DNA of 64,000 nt from Gnetum montanum (lineage: Eukaryota; Plantae; Gnetophyta). The stretch lies in the NCBI GenBank assembly GCA_015680685.1, contig MNCI01002347.1, positions 378,906 through 442,905 on the forward strand, given 5' to 3'. Under the pieces are notes generated by a model, which worked only from the letters and a program-made list of their open reading frames with translations, did not search any database and was not told the origin of the DNA. The position numbers were made by a program, and so were the translations under genes. Shown here one piece after another: positions 39,363-52,949 of this stretch. How positions within the stretch are numbered: position 1 is the first letter of the stretch; each line of letters begins with the position of its first letter.

Positions 39363-40639
39363 TGTGTAACCTTAAAAAAATTGGGATACCTTAACTCTTG
39401 AGGGTATTTACACTTGGCTAAGTTGTGATTATGCCTAATTTCATTAACTCAATTGTTATTTCTATTTATGCCTTATCATTAATAAATCATCCCAGAGATT
39501 GTTGGAAGGGTTAACTTGGAAAAAGTTGATGTTTATATATGATTAAGGTTACTAACCCTTCGGGGAGTTATAAAATTTTTTTGAAAATTGCATCAGAAAC
39601 CTTAAGGTTTGTGGCCCCCATGATAAAGATCTTACCTTTGGTAATTATAGGATTGAAAAACAGAGTGATTTGGACAAACAATTTGAAAGTTATGGACTCT
39701 GGAAGGTTTTGGGCTTTGAAAATTTACAAAAATTCCCTGTGTGTTATGAGAAAATTGTAAAAAATTCCAAAGTTTCTGATGGTATATATAGTATTTTCAC
39801 AATGTGTCAATGAGGCCTCATCAACACAGCTATTGACCACCATTGACTTTTGTTTACTTTGATCAAACTTTCAAAATACAAGGAATTTTTTGATGAAATT
39901 AGGATCAAATGAAAACTTAGAAGACCAAGAACAGTGTGAAATCATGAGAAGAGGATGTTGAAGTTCATGAATTTGAAAAAAATAGGAGAAAAATTAATTT
40001 AATGAATGAATGTAATGAAAGATTAAGGAGTACTGAACAGTTTACACAATGGAAAGTATGAAATATAAGATTGTAGTGATGTCAAAGGTAAGGAAACTTA
40101 ACTAATCAAGCCAAAAGCTATGCAAGTGTGTCCTCCCCATAGCGGACTCATGCCCCTTTCGCCCTTGCATAACCTTAACTAAGGAGTTCATGGGCCTCGT
40201 AGTCAATTTAATGATCATGACAAGTTAAGGACCAACCCATAAGAATCCACTCAAGAATCCCAATACATTAGACTAAGACATAGAGCATAACATAGAACCC
40301 GACAATGAGGTGAGTTATGGTAGCATGGATGGATGATAGAGAAGGTGGAATGGAGTTCCAAATTGAGGTCATAAGAAGTCCCTTATGGAATTGTGGTTAA
40401 AATGACCCAAGAAGTTCCATCCTCAATCTAGACCAAAGCCTTGTGCTTTCAATGAATTCGTATCACTACTCTAAGACCGATCCATCCACTTGAGACACAA
40501 GAGTGTCCCAAAAAGACAACCATCATTCCACAAAGAGGAGACAGAATTAGAAAGTGAGAGAGAGAGGGCCTTAGTTAGAGGGGACCTTCAAGCATAGGTG
40601 TATGTCTTTCAAGTCCCATAACTAGTGCTTGTAGCCCTT

Positions 40640-40862
40640 TTATTTGTTCAAGGGGTGTGCTTTGAATTTCCATTGTTTTTTTGTTTTTGAAATGGGAACA
40701 ACACCATGTGAGAACTTATTTGTGTTGAAGGGGTGTGCTTTGAATTCCCATTGTTTTTTTGTTTTTGAAATGGGAACCACACCATGTGAGGACTTATTTG
40801 TGTTGAAGGGGTGTGCTTTGAATTCCCATCATTTTTTTAAATGATGGGAACCACACCATGAA
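40640..40862. repeat. Three tandem ~78-bp units in the 3' region of D
   Basis: aaggggtgtgctttgaatt.ccat...tgggaac.acaccatg x3. A single copy lies at 60300-60410 in F. Confidence 0.92.
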
Positions 40863-41619
40863 ACAACGTTATTTGTCTTCCTATCATTGGGTTGTGTGGA
40901 ACGATAAGAAGTCCATGAAAAAACACTCAAGCACTCAAGAAAGAAGAAGAGTACAAAGAGTATTGAGTTCCCTTGAAGTCACACCCTTTACAAACCTTTG
41001 TATCCTTCCTAATTCCGAAACTACCAAGGTCATTGATTGACTAAAATTTTCTTTAATGAAAAAGGGACCTCAAATTCCCAAAACAAAGAAAACCATAGAG
41101 CTCATTTGATGGGCAAATGATGTGGACTCATTGCTTGTTCAATGAAAAAAAAACCATGCCGAAGTGATCAAACATCAGAATTCAAAAATAAAAACTAGAC
41201 ATCAATAATCACACATTAAGCACAAACCATCATTAGCAAACAACAACAACAACATGGTGTCCTGTGACAATAAAGTAGATTTATTAGCAAAACTGAGAAA
41301 ATACCACACTTAAACAAAAGGAAAAAAAATAAAGTAAAATATATAAGAAAGTGTAAAATAATCAAGAAAGTTAAAATAGTACTAAAAATGATATAAAATT
41401 AGAAAAATTCAAAAATAAAAAATTTGTAAAATCAAAAATGTGAAAAATAAAAAGGTAGAAAACTAAGAGGCCATGGTAACGGTCAACATGGATGGCCACC
41501 TCCCCCATGACTAAGTTGGAAGGAGGAGATCTCAAAAATAGAACATGGGTGTTCATTAGTTGAGGTGATATTTACACTGGCCAATCTTGGTTCTAGGAAA
41601 AGTTTAATTTGTTAGATAT

Positions 41620-44600
41620 TAACCAACTACTTTTTATTTGGGCTATCAGGTTTGTAGATTATCATGGCCCTAGAGGGAAAGGTTTGATCAATTATATAAG
41701 GTCCCTCCCACAATGTTTGAAATTTTACCGTTTGAGGTACATGTTTGGGGTTCCAGTAGAGGACCTTATCTCCTCGTTGAAATCTTACTTTTATAATTCT
41801 AAGGTCATGGTGTTGCTTGCTAAATGCCTTGTTTACCTCATTCAAAGATAGGGCTACTAAGAAATTTTTGTCTAGCATGTTCAGATTGATCAATCTTTCT
41901 TTCTGTGCTAGACTTAGATCAAGGTTTAATTCATAGGCCGTTGAGAGTGTATGGAGCTCGAATTGAATCGGGAGCATTAGAATTTTTCCGTACACTAACT
42001 TGTAGGGAGAATATCCAATAGGAAGTTTCCAAGTTGATCAATAATCCTAGAGAGCATCATTAAATTTTGTGCTCCAATCCTTCCTATATTTGCTAATGGT
42101 TCACGTTAATGTTTTTGTAATCTCATGGTTGGTTAACTCTGCTTGACCATTGGCTTTGGGGTGGTAAGGTGTTGTTAATTTATGTTCTACCCCCAAGTGT
42201 TGCATTAATTTCCTAAATGTGGCACCTATGAAATGAGTCCCATTATTAGAAATTAGTGAACATGACACCCCAAATCTATTTACAATATGTTGTTGTATAA
42301 ATTTGGCAGTAGTGGATGATGTGCAATCCGTAATGGTTGTTGCTTTAGCCCATTTTGTGCAATAGTCAATTGCTACTATAATATACACTTTCTAGTTAGA
42401 CATGGGTGTGATGGGATCCATAAAGTCAACACCCCATATGTCAAAAGGTTCTAATGGTTGGATCCACTATTGAGGAACTTCCATACGAGTGGTCATCCCC
42501 CCCCATCATGTTGACAACATTTACAAGACTTGACAACATAGTGGCCTCTACAAGGTCCTTCATGAGCATCCTAGAGAATGTGCAGTTGATCTTTGTAAGG
42601 GATACACCAATGGATTAGGCCATTGGCACACACCTTGTAAAGGTGTCCATTGATTTCCATGATGTTTTTGACTTGATTAAGAAATTATTACTTTTTCCTA
42701 AAATCCAAGTCCTGTGGCATCTCTTAAGTAAGAAGATATGTGAGGATGCCATTATATCATATTGCTTTTTCAAGCATTTATTCATTTATTGCTCTAGTAA
42801 AGAGGAGTTCATCTAGAAATTGATTAAAGAGTGGGCTCTCCTCCTCTTTGTTATCCCATCTTAAGCAAGAAATATGGTCAACAACCACATTCTTAGTCCC
42901 TATTTGATCTACCATAGTAAGATTGAATTCTTGCAAGATCACAAGCCACCATATAACATGAGGACTCACCGTTGGCTTATTCATAAGGAAGCAAATTGCA
43001 CTATGTTCCATATGTATATGTACTTTGTAACCTAGCACATAATGTCTAAACTTTTCTAGCACATGCACCACTACCATTAATTCCTTCTCTATGGTGGTGT
43101 AATTTATCTGTGCTCCCACAATGGTTCAACTCATATAGTGGATATAATATGGAAGTTTCTTATCATCCATCTGCATGAGCACTACTTTCAAAGCATAGTT
43201 AGATGCAGCTATCATGATATGGAATGGTTTGGACCAGTTTGGTGCTTGTAGGATTGGTGTTTCTACAAGTTTCTTTTTTAATTTTTGGAATGCATTTTCA
43301 CATTCCTTGGTCCAAACGAAAGGTGTATCTTTCTTTGTAAGTTCTACCAATGACTTTGCAATCTTAGAGAAATTCTCAATAAAGTGCAGGTAGTAACTAG
43401 TGTATCCAAGGAATGATTGAACATCTTTAATCATCTCTGGTTGGCGTGTTATTCCTTGGATGACCCTTATCTTTTCTAGATCTACCTTAATCCCTTTCTG
43501 CAAAATTTGGTGCCCTAGCACAATGCCTTCTTGGACCATGAGATGGCTCTTTTGCCAGTTGAGCCATAGGTTTATCTTAACACATCTCTTCAATACTTGC
43601 TCAAGTCGATCCAGGGCTTGCTCAAAGGTAGCTCCATAGGTGGAGAAGTCATCCATGAAGACTTCAACACCACTACTGATCTGTTGTTAAAAGATACTAA
43701 GGACTAAGCGTTAAAATGTTGCAAGGGAATTGCATAGGCCAAATGGCATCTTACAGTATGCAAAATTTCCCCAAGGACTCGTGAATGTTGTCTTGGCCTA
43801 GTCTTCTAGTGCAATTTGGAGTTGGTTATAGCCACTATAACCATCCAAGAAACTATAATAACAATGCTCAGATATAGTGTCTAATACTTAATCCACAAGT
43901 GGCAAAGGAAAGTGATCCTTAAATTTTGCCATATTTAAGAACCTAAACTTAATGCAAACCTACCATTTACCATCCTTCTTTGGTACAATTACGAATGAGC
44001 TAATCCACTCACTATCCACAATTGGATAGATAAACCCTGCCTTGAGGAGTTGCTCTATCTCCTCCTTAACGATTTGCTTCAATTTGGGGTTTAGCTCTAT
44101 GGCTACGTTCTAGGCTTCATGGTTGGGTCAGTGTAGATGCAATGCTGGCATATCCTTGGATTGATTCTTGTTAGATCTAGATATGACCAAGCAAAGGTTG
44201 TTAACCATTTATTCACCACTTTCAACAACTTTTCTTTTTTGTTCAGGAACAAGTTTTGCATTAATGATGACTAGTTTACCATTCTTTAAAAATGCATACT
44301 CCATTCCAACTGGTAAATTTTTTAGTTCTAAGGGCTCCCACTTGAAGTGATCAGGGATCTCCAACTCTCCCCAATAGTTATCATCATCTTCATTAGAGAG
44401 TTGGAAATGGACTTGTTCAATTTTGTCCATGCCTTCTACATATGCACAAGTTAAGCTCTTAGTTGGCTCCATGCATATTGTACTGCTATCTAAATCAACT
44501 ATCAACCATTGGGTGCCCTCGTACTTTGTGTCTACTACGTATAGACACCATTGAATATTAATTTCTTATGCACACTGATTACATGTCTTAATGTATGTGC

Positions 44601-45010
44601 TTTTGATTGATCAAATCTTTTGCACACAATTGCACCCATTATTGCTATACGTGTTGCATGGAATACGCTTCTTCTCAATTTTTCCTAACTTATTTTCCTT
44701 AGATATTTCAAGAGATAGGTCCCTTATACTCATTCACGCATCGACGGTGCTTAACCAAGCCCTTCCCATAATGATGGGGACATCACTTTTGCAATTGTCC
44801 ACCTTGATTACCAGAAAATTAGTAGGATAAGACCATCCACAGACTATGGTCACAATGTCCTCTAATAATCCCAAGGGAATAGTAATTGACTAATTTGCTA
44901 ATTCTAAATGGATGTTGCTCTTCTTAAAATGTGGTAGGTTCCAGATTTTATACATATCATGGAAGACGAGATTAACTCTGGAACCAGAGTTAAGAAGAGC
45001 CTTGCATTGC
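41620..45010 (-). pseudogene. pol: pol of element D: protease, RT, RNase H, integrase
   Basis: CKALLNSGSRVNL (PR), DHFPLP, FLDGYSGYNQ, MPFGLCNS, VFMDDFS, NYTTIEKEL, PFDIWGVDFM, DYCTKW, PYHPKANGQAE, WEGPY. Confidence 0.93.
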
Positions 45011-45940
45011 TCTTGTTCGACAATCTATAGAAAGATGAGTGAACTTCCTGGATTAGATCTTTTTGTAGGAAGGTTGCTAGCCTTGATCTAATTATAAAGA
45101 GCATGAGTTAGCATTATAGTGCAAATCCTAGGTGGCATGTGGTTTCAAGGGTGCTTGAAGGTATTTGATGTAGAGGATGAGGGTATTGGAGATGCAGGGT
45201 AATCAGCTGGAGTAGGTTGTGAGGGCTAGAGAGGACTATTGGGTCAAAAGAAAGGTCATTTCCTTGATTGATTATCAAGATCACTTAGTTGAAAAATTGG
45301 TTGTGAGTGTACAACCCTTGTAGCATTTCGTTGCTATCACTATGGAGGAATTTCACCCTGCATGGATGGAGCAAGAGGTAATTGGATTGAAGGTGGAGGT
45401 GTAGCTGCAGAGGAATGTGGATGATGATAAGGATATGGATATGGGTTTTCTTCTCGAGTAGATGGTGAATGTGTTTGGTGGTACTCTGGAGGGTAATAGT
45501 GATGCTGAAATGATGCATGACTTGCCAAACTTCTAGGGGAGATGGGTGGATAAACATAGTACCCATATGAATCTGGTTACCTATAAGGGTACTACTACCT
45601 TGGTGGTGGCATTCCCCATGATTTTGGTTGGTACCACTATTGGTACTATTTATAAGGTTGTAGAGAAGTTCTACTTAGGTAGTAAGCTTGTTGCTATTGG
45701 TGGAACTATCTTGGATTTCCTTGAGGGTAACGCAATCGTCTGGGAGCTTGTCTACATGTTAGGTGAGGATTTAATGCATACACTCCAAACCCTTATAAGT
45801 GTGACACCATAGGGTAGCATCCCTTTGGATGTTCATATTGACAAATTTCACATTCAGTTTCATCATCGGAGTTAGATTCCACAACTTCCTCTACTACAGT
45901 AGCTTTGCCCTTACTTTTTGTAACATAGGTAAATTGTATC
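45010..45940 (-). pseudogene. gag: C-terminal part of gag of element D
   Basis: Homologous to 61560-62150 of F (KGK..., CEICQYEHPKGCYP) followed by a Pro/Gln/His-rich tract. Confidence 0.7.
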
Positions 45941-46074
45941 GTCAAGCAGTCACTCTACTTAAAATTTTTTGGTGCCAATAATAAAGACCATATCAAGATA
46001 ATGAAGTTGTGCCACTATGTGATGAACAGATGTTAGCTTAACAGTCACCAGGGGATTTAATAGTATAGAGCCTA

Positions 46075-46650
46075 GCTTGGTGACCAAATGCTACGTTACT
46101 AGACGTACCAAGCAATAATGTTGTTGGGATTACCAAGCGAATACATGTTATGATCGAAGTGATCATACTTATGTGTGTAATCTATCTCACTTAATTGTCT
46201 CATTAATGTAATAATATGAAAATATTTGATAACTAATTAAAATAATTTAATAAATAATTTGAAAACATTAAAATAGCTAATCTATCCAAAGTGCTACAAG
46301 GTTTATTAGAAAGCTCATCTTTATTGTTGCACACACTGTCGTGCTCAAGTACAACAATGCTTGAATAAAGCTTTGTACACTCAATGACTACTGCTATGGG
46401 CACCCAGTGAAAAAAATTCTAACTTTCAAATGGAAAAAATGCAAAAGCTTCGCTACTACTAAAATTTGGATTCCCCATAAATGCAACTCGTAGGCGCATA
46501 TTTATAGGCGATGGACAGACATTGCATCAATGAGGCCTCGTTGACATAGGATGAGATGTGTTGATGGGGCCAAGTCAACAAGGCCTCATCAATGCAGTTG
46601 ATTGTGTCGATGAGGCTTCGTCGACGCAACCAACCAACAATGACTCATCA
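46075..46650 (-). repeat. Partial 5' LTR of element D
   Basis: Aligns to 35655-36221. The first ~345 bp equivalent is missing. Confidence 0.88.
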
Positions 46651-47439
46651 ATCAATATAGGAAAGACTAGAGCATTAAGCTTAATGATGCTCTCTAGGCC
46701 TATCAATCAACTTGGAAACCTTCTCTAGGATATTCTCCATATGAATTAGTCACTAAAGAAAAATTTACTTAATCTTTTATATCTTTTTCTTGAATCTCAG
46801 ATGTGGGGAAGTGTCATACATTAACTAGAACTTGTAAATATACTTCAATTTTCATTTCTTATTTTTCAATTTCTTGACACTTTTCTTAATTCTTATTCAT
46901 TTTCTAGTTATTTGATATATGTTCTAATTCTTTGATATCTTTTTTCATTCTTTAATAACTTTCCAATTCCTAATATATTTTTCTATTATTTTATATCTTC
47001 TAATTCTTTGATACCTTTTCATTCCTTGGAAATTTTAATTTGTGAATTATGCATATCTTTATTGTGGAACTACATTAATAAGAGTAAGATGTTTTACTAC
47101 AAGAATTTTGTTATATACTATAGAATTATTAAAGGACTAATTATATGTATAGTAAGACCATGTCACCTGCTTTCCCATTTCTAGTAATAAGTAGTCCTTA
47201 CCATGGACATGATATAACTATCATTACTTAAACCTAAAATTAACTTGTGATTTTTATGCCTTAAAGAAAAAGGGAATAACTAAGAGGGATAGGAAAAGGG
47301 TGTGAGATTAAGAAAATTTAGTAATTCTTTGAACTTCTATGAGTCATAGTCCTCCATGTAGCTGTATCATTGCTCAATTCTTTATTAAAATGAAACATAT
47401 TCTTAAAATATAAGTTATTACCTTATTATGACACTAGAA

Positions 47440-47705
47440 AGACATGTTACTTATGCTTGAAGATAGTCCTTTGGTAAGGTTAATATAATAATTAATTTGT
47501 ACACATAATAAATATTATTAGGGTACCATTAGAAAGGCATGTTACCCATGTCTAAAGGTAGAATACTTCTAAGAATCTCATAGTTTGTTGGACTAGTTTC
47601 ATCATGTGACTAGAAAAACATATTACCCATGCTTAAAGAAATACTACTGATGGGATTATCATTAGCTATGGGGTTGCAAAGACATGTTACCCATGCCTAA
47701 AGGCA
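47440..47705 (+). repeat. Degenerate repeats (agaaagacatgttacccatgc) in the 3' region of C
   Basis: Four copies at ~47437, 47531, 47612 and 47678. Confidence 0.7.
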
Positions 47706-49280
47706 CCCCTCTAACCAATGGTCAAGATGCTCCACAAAAAATAAAAAAGTTATAATTGATTAACTATACTTTCTACTTCCAAATGCTTTCATGTTGAGTG
47801 ATGGTAGTGTCATATGATTGTGATTAATCTTATGGTTGTTAGTGTAGAATGATGTAATATGGTATCACTAGTAAGTGGTATGAACTTGGTTTGAAATCTA
47901 GATGAAAGGGTATAATGATCCCTTTAACCATGCTTGAAAAATATGATTCATTATGGCTATAGGGAGACACCTCATGTTCTATTTCTTTAATTTCTTCTTC
48001 TACCATCTTATCTCACTTCCACATATAATTACAAAAGTAATGATTCTTGTGTGATATAGTGCTAACTTATTATTGAGTAAAATTTAATATGTGTGTATTG
48101 AACAACTAATATGACTAACATTCAATTCCTTGAGTACCCATACACATTTATAGGAGTAATTATACAAGGGCGCGAAGGGTAAAAGCGTGCTTTGCGGAGG
48201 TTCCATTTATATAACTATTGTCTCATATTTGACAACCAATTCCACATCATATTGCTTAGCCCAAGTCATTTGACAACATTTGATAGCATGTTTCATATCT
48301 CTCAGTTACTAATATGTTCATAATTTTTATCTTATACACACATTTTTCATATATATTTCTCCTAGCCTGAAAGCCTTATTTTTCATCATTGTTTATCATC
48401 CAAGGGTAATAAAACTATTTGCAAGCATCATTCTTTGGCTAGATAGCCTTAGGATCCTCCAAGTATAAGAATTTATCCTTATTTTTCCTAAAAATTAAGT
48501 TAATAATTTTAATTTTTTAAGGGTGATATCATAGCTATGATATTACATCAGTTATGATGTCACAGCTAAGAAACCATAGATATGATATATTCTATATATA
48601 CCCCTATATATACCCATGAGTGTTAGAAATTTTTTTCATTTTGATCAAAAACAACTAGGAAGTTCATGTCCTCTTAGAGCTAAAAAGAATTTAGAGCTCC
48701 ATAACTTCCACACTATGCATCCAATTCAAACAATTTTAGAATTCTTGAACTTCTTTGTTGCAGGGCAACATTACATAAAACAAGAAATTTTTGCTAAACA
48801 ATAAGGATAGCTTAATTCAGAAGAAGGGTACAAACCTAATGCTCTCATGTTTAATTTTCTAAACTCTTGTACTATTTGTAGGACCAAACATGTTGATTTT
48901 CAATTTAATTGATGCCATGAAATTAAAACTTGGTACTCCTAGGAATGTTTTGTATTTTGGAACTATTGAAATTTTGTCTTCTTTGAAAGTGCCAGCAATG
49001 AATTAAGTAATCTTGATCATAATTTCTAATTGGGGTAAAATGTATAAGTCAATTCAGTAAGCTAAATTTTTCCATAACTCTAAATCTTGAAAAATAATTA
49101 AGTTTTTCCTAATTATTTCTAATTTTTATCAAACTCAAATTTGGGTCTTTTATACATTGATGAACTTTTAAACACCTTCATCATGATTCAAATGAAACTT
49201 ATCGCTATTTGAAATTCTAATCAAAACACAAAATCCAAAGAAGCATTACAAAAAATTAGGAATTTTTCTAAAATTTTTTG

Positions 49281-51850
49281 AAAGTAACATATCCCTACAA
49301 ATGATTGCAGATGCCTCCAAAAAGAATTCATAAAATAGGAAGACCATAATACCTATGTGAGAAAAGGACTAGGGGTCAAAGAGGCAGGGGAAGAAGAGAA
49401 AATCAAGCCCAACCAAAAGAGAAAGAAGAACAGTCATTTTCAATCTAAAATTCAACACCCAAAATAGGTCAATTTGTAGAGGCAGAAGTTGCAGAACCTT
49501 TACCAACTCCTAAACATGGAAGAAAACTCACAGTTTCAAAGGAATTTGTCAATGCTACTAGTGAAAAATCAATGATGTTCATTGTCTTGTGGAGTTAAAC
49601 TTTAGATCATTCTTAGAGTTTCCTCTAGCACAAGTAAGAGAGAAATTGCAGGTGTTACCATTTTGTCCAACACTTTCAGAAAATGGTGACTAGTATCTAG
49701 GAGAAACCTATCAATACTAGAAAAAAATTAAGAGGATGCTACAACTAAGATTGAAGGTATTTCCATGCCATATTTAGTGGAGGCTATTACTAAAGCACTA
49801 ATTCTATCCAATATTGGTGCCACAAGAACCCAAATTTCTATCACATTTAACGTTGATATAAGAAATCTTTGGTTATAGAGAGCTTACTGAACCAAAGATA
49901 AGAAATATACTGAATTATTTATTGTAGAAAAATTTATTTAAAATCGGTGGTTATTATATATTTCCCACCAAGAGACTAAATAGGATATCTATATATGTTA
50001 CCAAGAAAAGTGCAATTTAAATAAAAAAATTTCAAGAAAGCATGGCTCATCTACTCTTTATATGGATCTAAAGAAGCCAATACTTCCACTCCCCTAGTTG
50101 ATAAGAAAATTGTGAAAGCAAGTTAACATTTTGGTGCATACTAATGATACATCTATAAGGACCTTAAACAAATCATATGTTGAGATTTCTATGCCAATAC
50201 TAGCCAAAAAGGATTAAGTGGAGAAGCCACTAAGCACATAGATAGCATGATAATATACATAGCAACAAACATATCAACTATAGGAATAGAGTAGGTAGGG
50301 GTTAAGCACTTTAGCACTAGCATTAAAATAAAGAGACTATAGGCTTGCCATGAGCCATCTATTACAAATTTCTAAAACTATGAGCTAAGGAACTAAAGAA
50401 ATATCAAACCTATTTTAGGTAAAGGAAAACTCAAATCAAACAAGTGTCGATAGGTCTAAAAAGTGGCCAAGTATCTTTGCAGTTCATAGAAAAAGATTGG
50501 GTATAGTAGATTTCAAGAATTTTTTTACTATTCTAGATCATGCTTGAATTAGAAGAAGGAACCACTATGGTGGTCATGCAACACAAAGATAAACAAGGAG
50601 TTGTGAAACTTATTACAGATCATATTAAGGAAACTTTCATTATCTTTGTGATACCATCCACTATTTTTTTAAAAGTAAAAGATGTCCAAATAGTACTAAA
50701 AATGTCTCAAAAGGACAAGAAAAAAAGAAAAGTTATGAAAACTGAGGAACATGAAGATGTGTTAGATAGACTAATGAAGATAGATAAAATTATGCAAGAC
50801 ATTTTCAATATTCTTAATGATATATCTGTAGTATACTCTAAATTAATCTTTGATTAAGGGAAGTTGGTCATCTCTAAGACAAGGCTATGACATGTTGCGT
50901 TGGCTATCTAAGAATTACAGGATGAATTAGTCCAACTCAGGATTGTAATGTAAGATTCAACATACCATGTAGCACCAAAACAGTTGAAATAATTCAAGAT
51001 AGAAGAGGTAAAATAATTGATGGTAAAATAGAAATAGTTAGAGATGAAGAATGAAAAGCAACATGGGATGCATTGGTTGCAAATACCTAGAAATATGTTT
51101 ATGCCAAAGCAATTGTTAAATTAGAAAAAGAAAATAAAAGAGAAACATTAGTTAGATGAAATCCTAAAGCTGCTTGGAAAATAGTTTAATAAGATTAAGC
51201 TAAAAATTAAGTAGTTGATCAAAAAGAACAAAATCTTATCAATGGAAGAAGTTTGCAGCATTCGATAGAAGTCTACAGTTCAAATAAGTAATATAATGGG
51301 GCCAAGAAGCATGAAAAATTAAAGAATAATTTTAGAGACCAAGTAGACATGCATAAGCATATTAATGAAAAGGAAATCCAAATGGAAAAGACCAAGATTA
51401 ATATTACCATGTAATAGCTACCAAAGTAGCATCTAGATAGTCTCACTCTAGTTCATCAACCAGAACTCAAGGTCAAAGACATCCAAATTGAATATTTAAT
51501 GGAAAAAATGGAGTTGGAAAACCTCAAATACTCCAACTTGACCATGCTAATAGTAGGAAGACCTAGAACTGAATTAGTGTAGCAACTAGCTACATTGTAT
51601 TTAATGTAAAAAATAAATTCATAGATAGGAAATATGTATAGCAGAAATTACATAATGCCAACTCAAAACTCCAAGTTGTCAAGGCAAGTTACCATGATAA
51701 AAAAGATGTAGCAATAAAATTGGCTAAGAGAATAAGTGACTATTAAGATCTATAGAAATTAGGCAAGGCTTTTGAGATTGAATGATAGAAATTTGTAGCA
51801 TGATATATCAAGGCTAACAATTTTTTTTTTACAATTGTCATATCCTTGGA
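49281..51850 (+). pseudogene. Accessory (env-like) ORF remnant of element C
   Basis: Same position relative to INT and 3' LTR as in D, shared PYLxxAIxxALxL block and A-rich K/E-coding bias. Heavily eroded. Confidence 0.55.
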
Positions 51851-52284
51851 AATTGTATACTTTAGGTAATATTGTAAAATTAGCATGAACCATTAATGAT
51901 CTCAACATAGAAGAAGAAAAACTAAGAGCATTATTAAATCATTTTCACATGAAAATATAATTGCATAAGGGAAGTAGCATTAAGAACCACTAATGCAATA
52001 GGAGTTGCCACCACTAGGAACTACATGAGGACTTGCATCAACAATTTCACAAACTTCATCATGTTTAGTCTATTTTTTTCTAATGACTACTATCAATTTG
52101 TTCATCATGCCTTACATGAAATTTCTATAACCTACTCAAATTAAGATGTCATACTCAAATTCAATTAGTGGTCATTGCTTATATGTAATATGTCATTGTG
52201 TCAATGTGACCTCACAATTTTGTAATAACTTTATCTTCCTTTTATTTTAACTCAAGGATGGATTTTTAGTTAGTCTTGGTGATA

Positions 52285-52903
52285 TGATAACTCAAAATTA
52301 TATAGATCAACCATGATACCATAGCTTGTTCTACAATTTCATAGATGTAATGTAGTAGATTATGATGATGCCTATAAATACGAGCCCACTATCGTGTCAA
52401 ACTTAACTTTTAATTAACATAGTAATAGAACTCTATTAGTTTATTTTATTGAACATAACAATAGTTAATTATGATGGTTAATAGTTATATGACATTTTTA
52501 TTTGAGTGAAGCATACCTAAAGATATTATATATTTCAAAATAAATATTGAGATTGTTCTTTATTATTGTAGCATATCACTTAGAGTATTTTTATATTTTC
52601 ATTGTTATTTATCTTTATAATGTCATTTAAATTTTTATTTTCTTTTACATTTATGATGTTTTTTAGATATTTGGTAGAAGAAGTATGTCTAGTTTTGAGT
52701 GCACAAACATAATCATCTAGTAATCTAGTAGTGGCTTAGCTTTATTCACTGAGTAGCAAGTCGCTTGGTAATCCTAGTGACAATTATATTAGCCTAGGGC
52801 ATGTTTAGCAAGTTTGGTTGTAGGATAGTTTAGTAATCTATTTTCATTATTCTTAGTTCATAGAGTTTACATTCATTTTACTATGTTTTACCTTGGCACA
52901 TTA
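52285..52903 (+). repeat. 3' LTR of element C
   Basis: Preceded by tcaaggatggatttttagttagtcttggtgata, equivalent to the pre-LTR/PPT tract of D. Has TATA cctataaata at 52371, a gcttggtaatcc block shared with the D/F LTRs, and ends accttggcacatta. Confidence 0.7.
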
Positions 52904-52949
52904 AGAGCAAATCAACATAATTTAATCATATACTTTACAAAGATTTAAG

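Larger units (their letters stand above)
35309..46650 (-). mobile_element. Element D: Athila-like Gypsy element inserted in the integrase of C, with gag 5' part and PBS deleted
   Basis: Termini TGATGAG...CTCATCA, degenerate 5-bp TSD gtcga (35304-35308) / atcaa (46651-46655), two homologous LTRs and minus-strand pol. Confidence 0.9.
32730..52903 (+). mobile_element. Element C: very old Athila-like Gypsy element, 5'-truncated and interrupted by element D
   Basis: Eroded RT-RH-INT at 32730-35308. Integrase resumes at 46651 (YRKD*SIKLNDAL*AY...GYSPYELV), then 3' region, accessory ORF remnant and 3' LTR. Confidence 0.75.
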
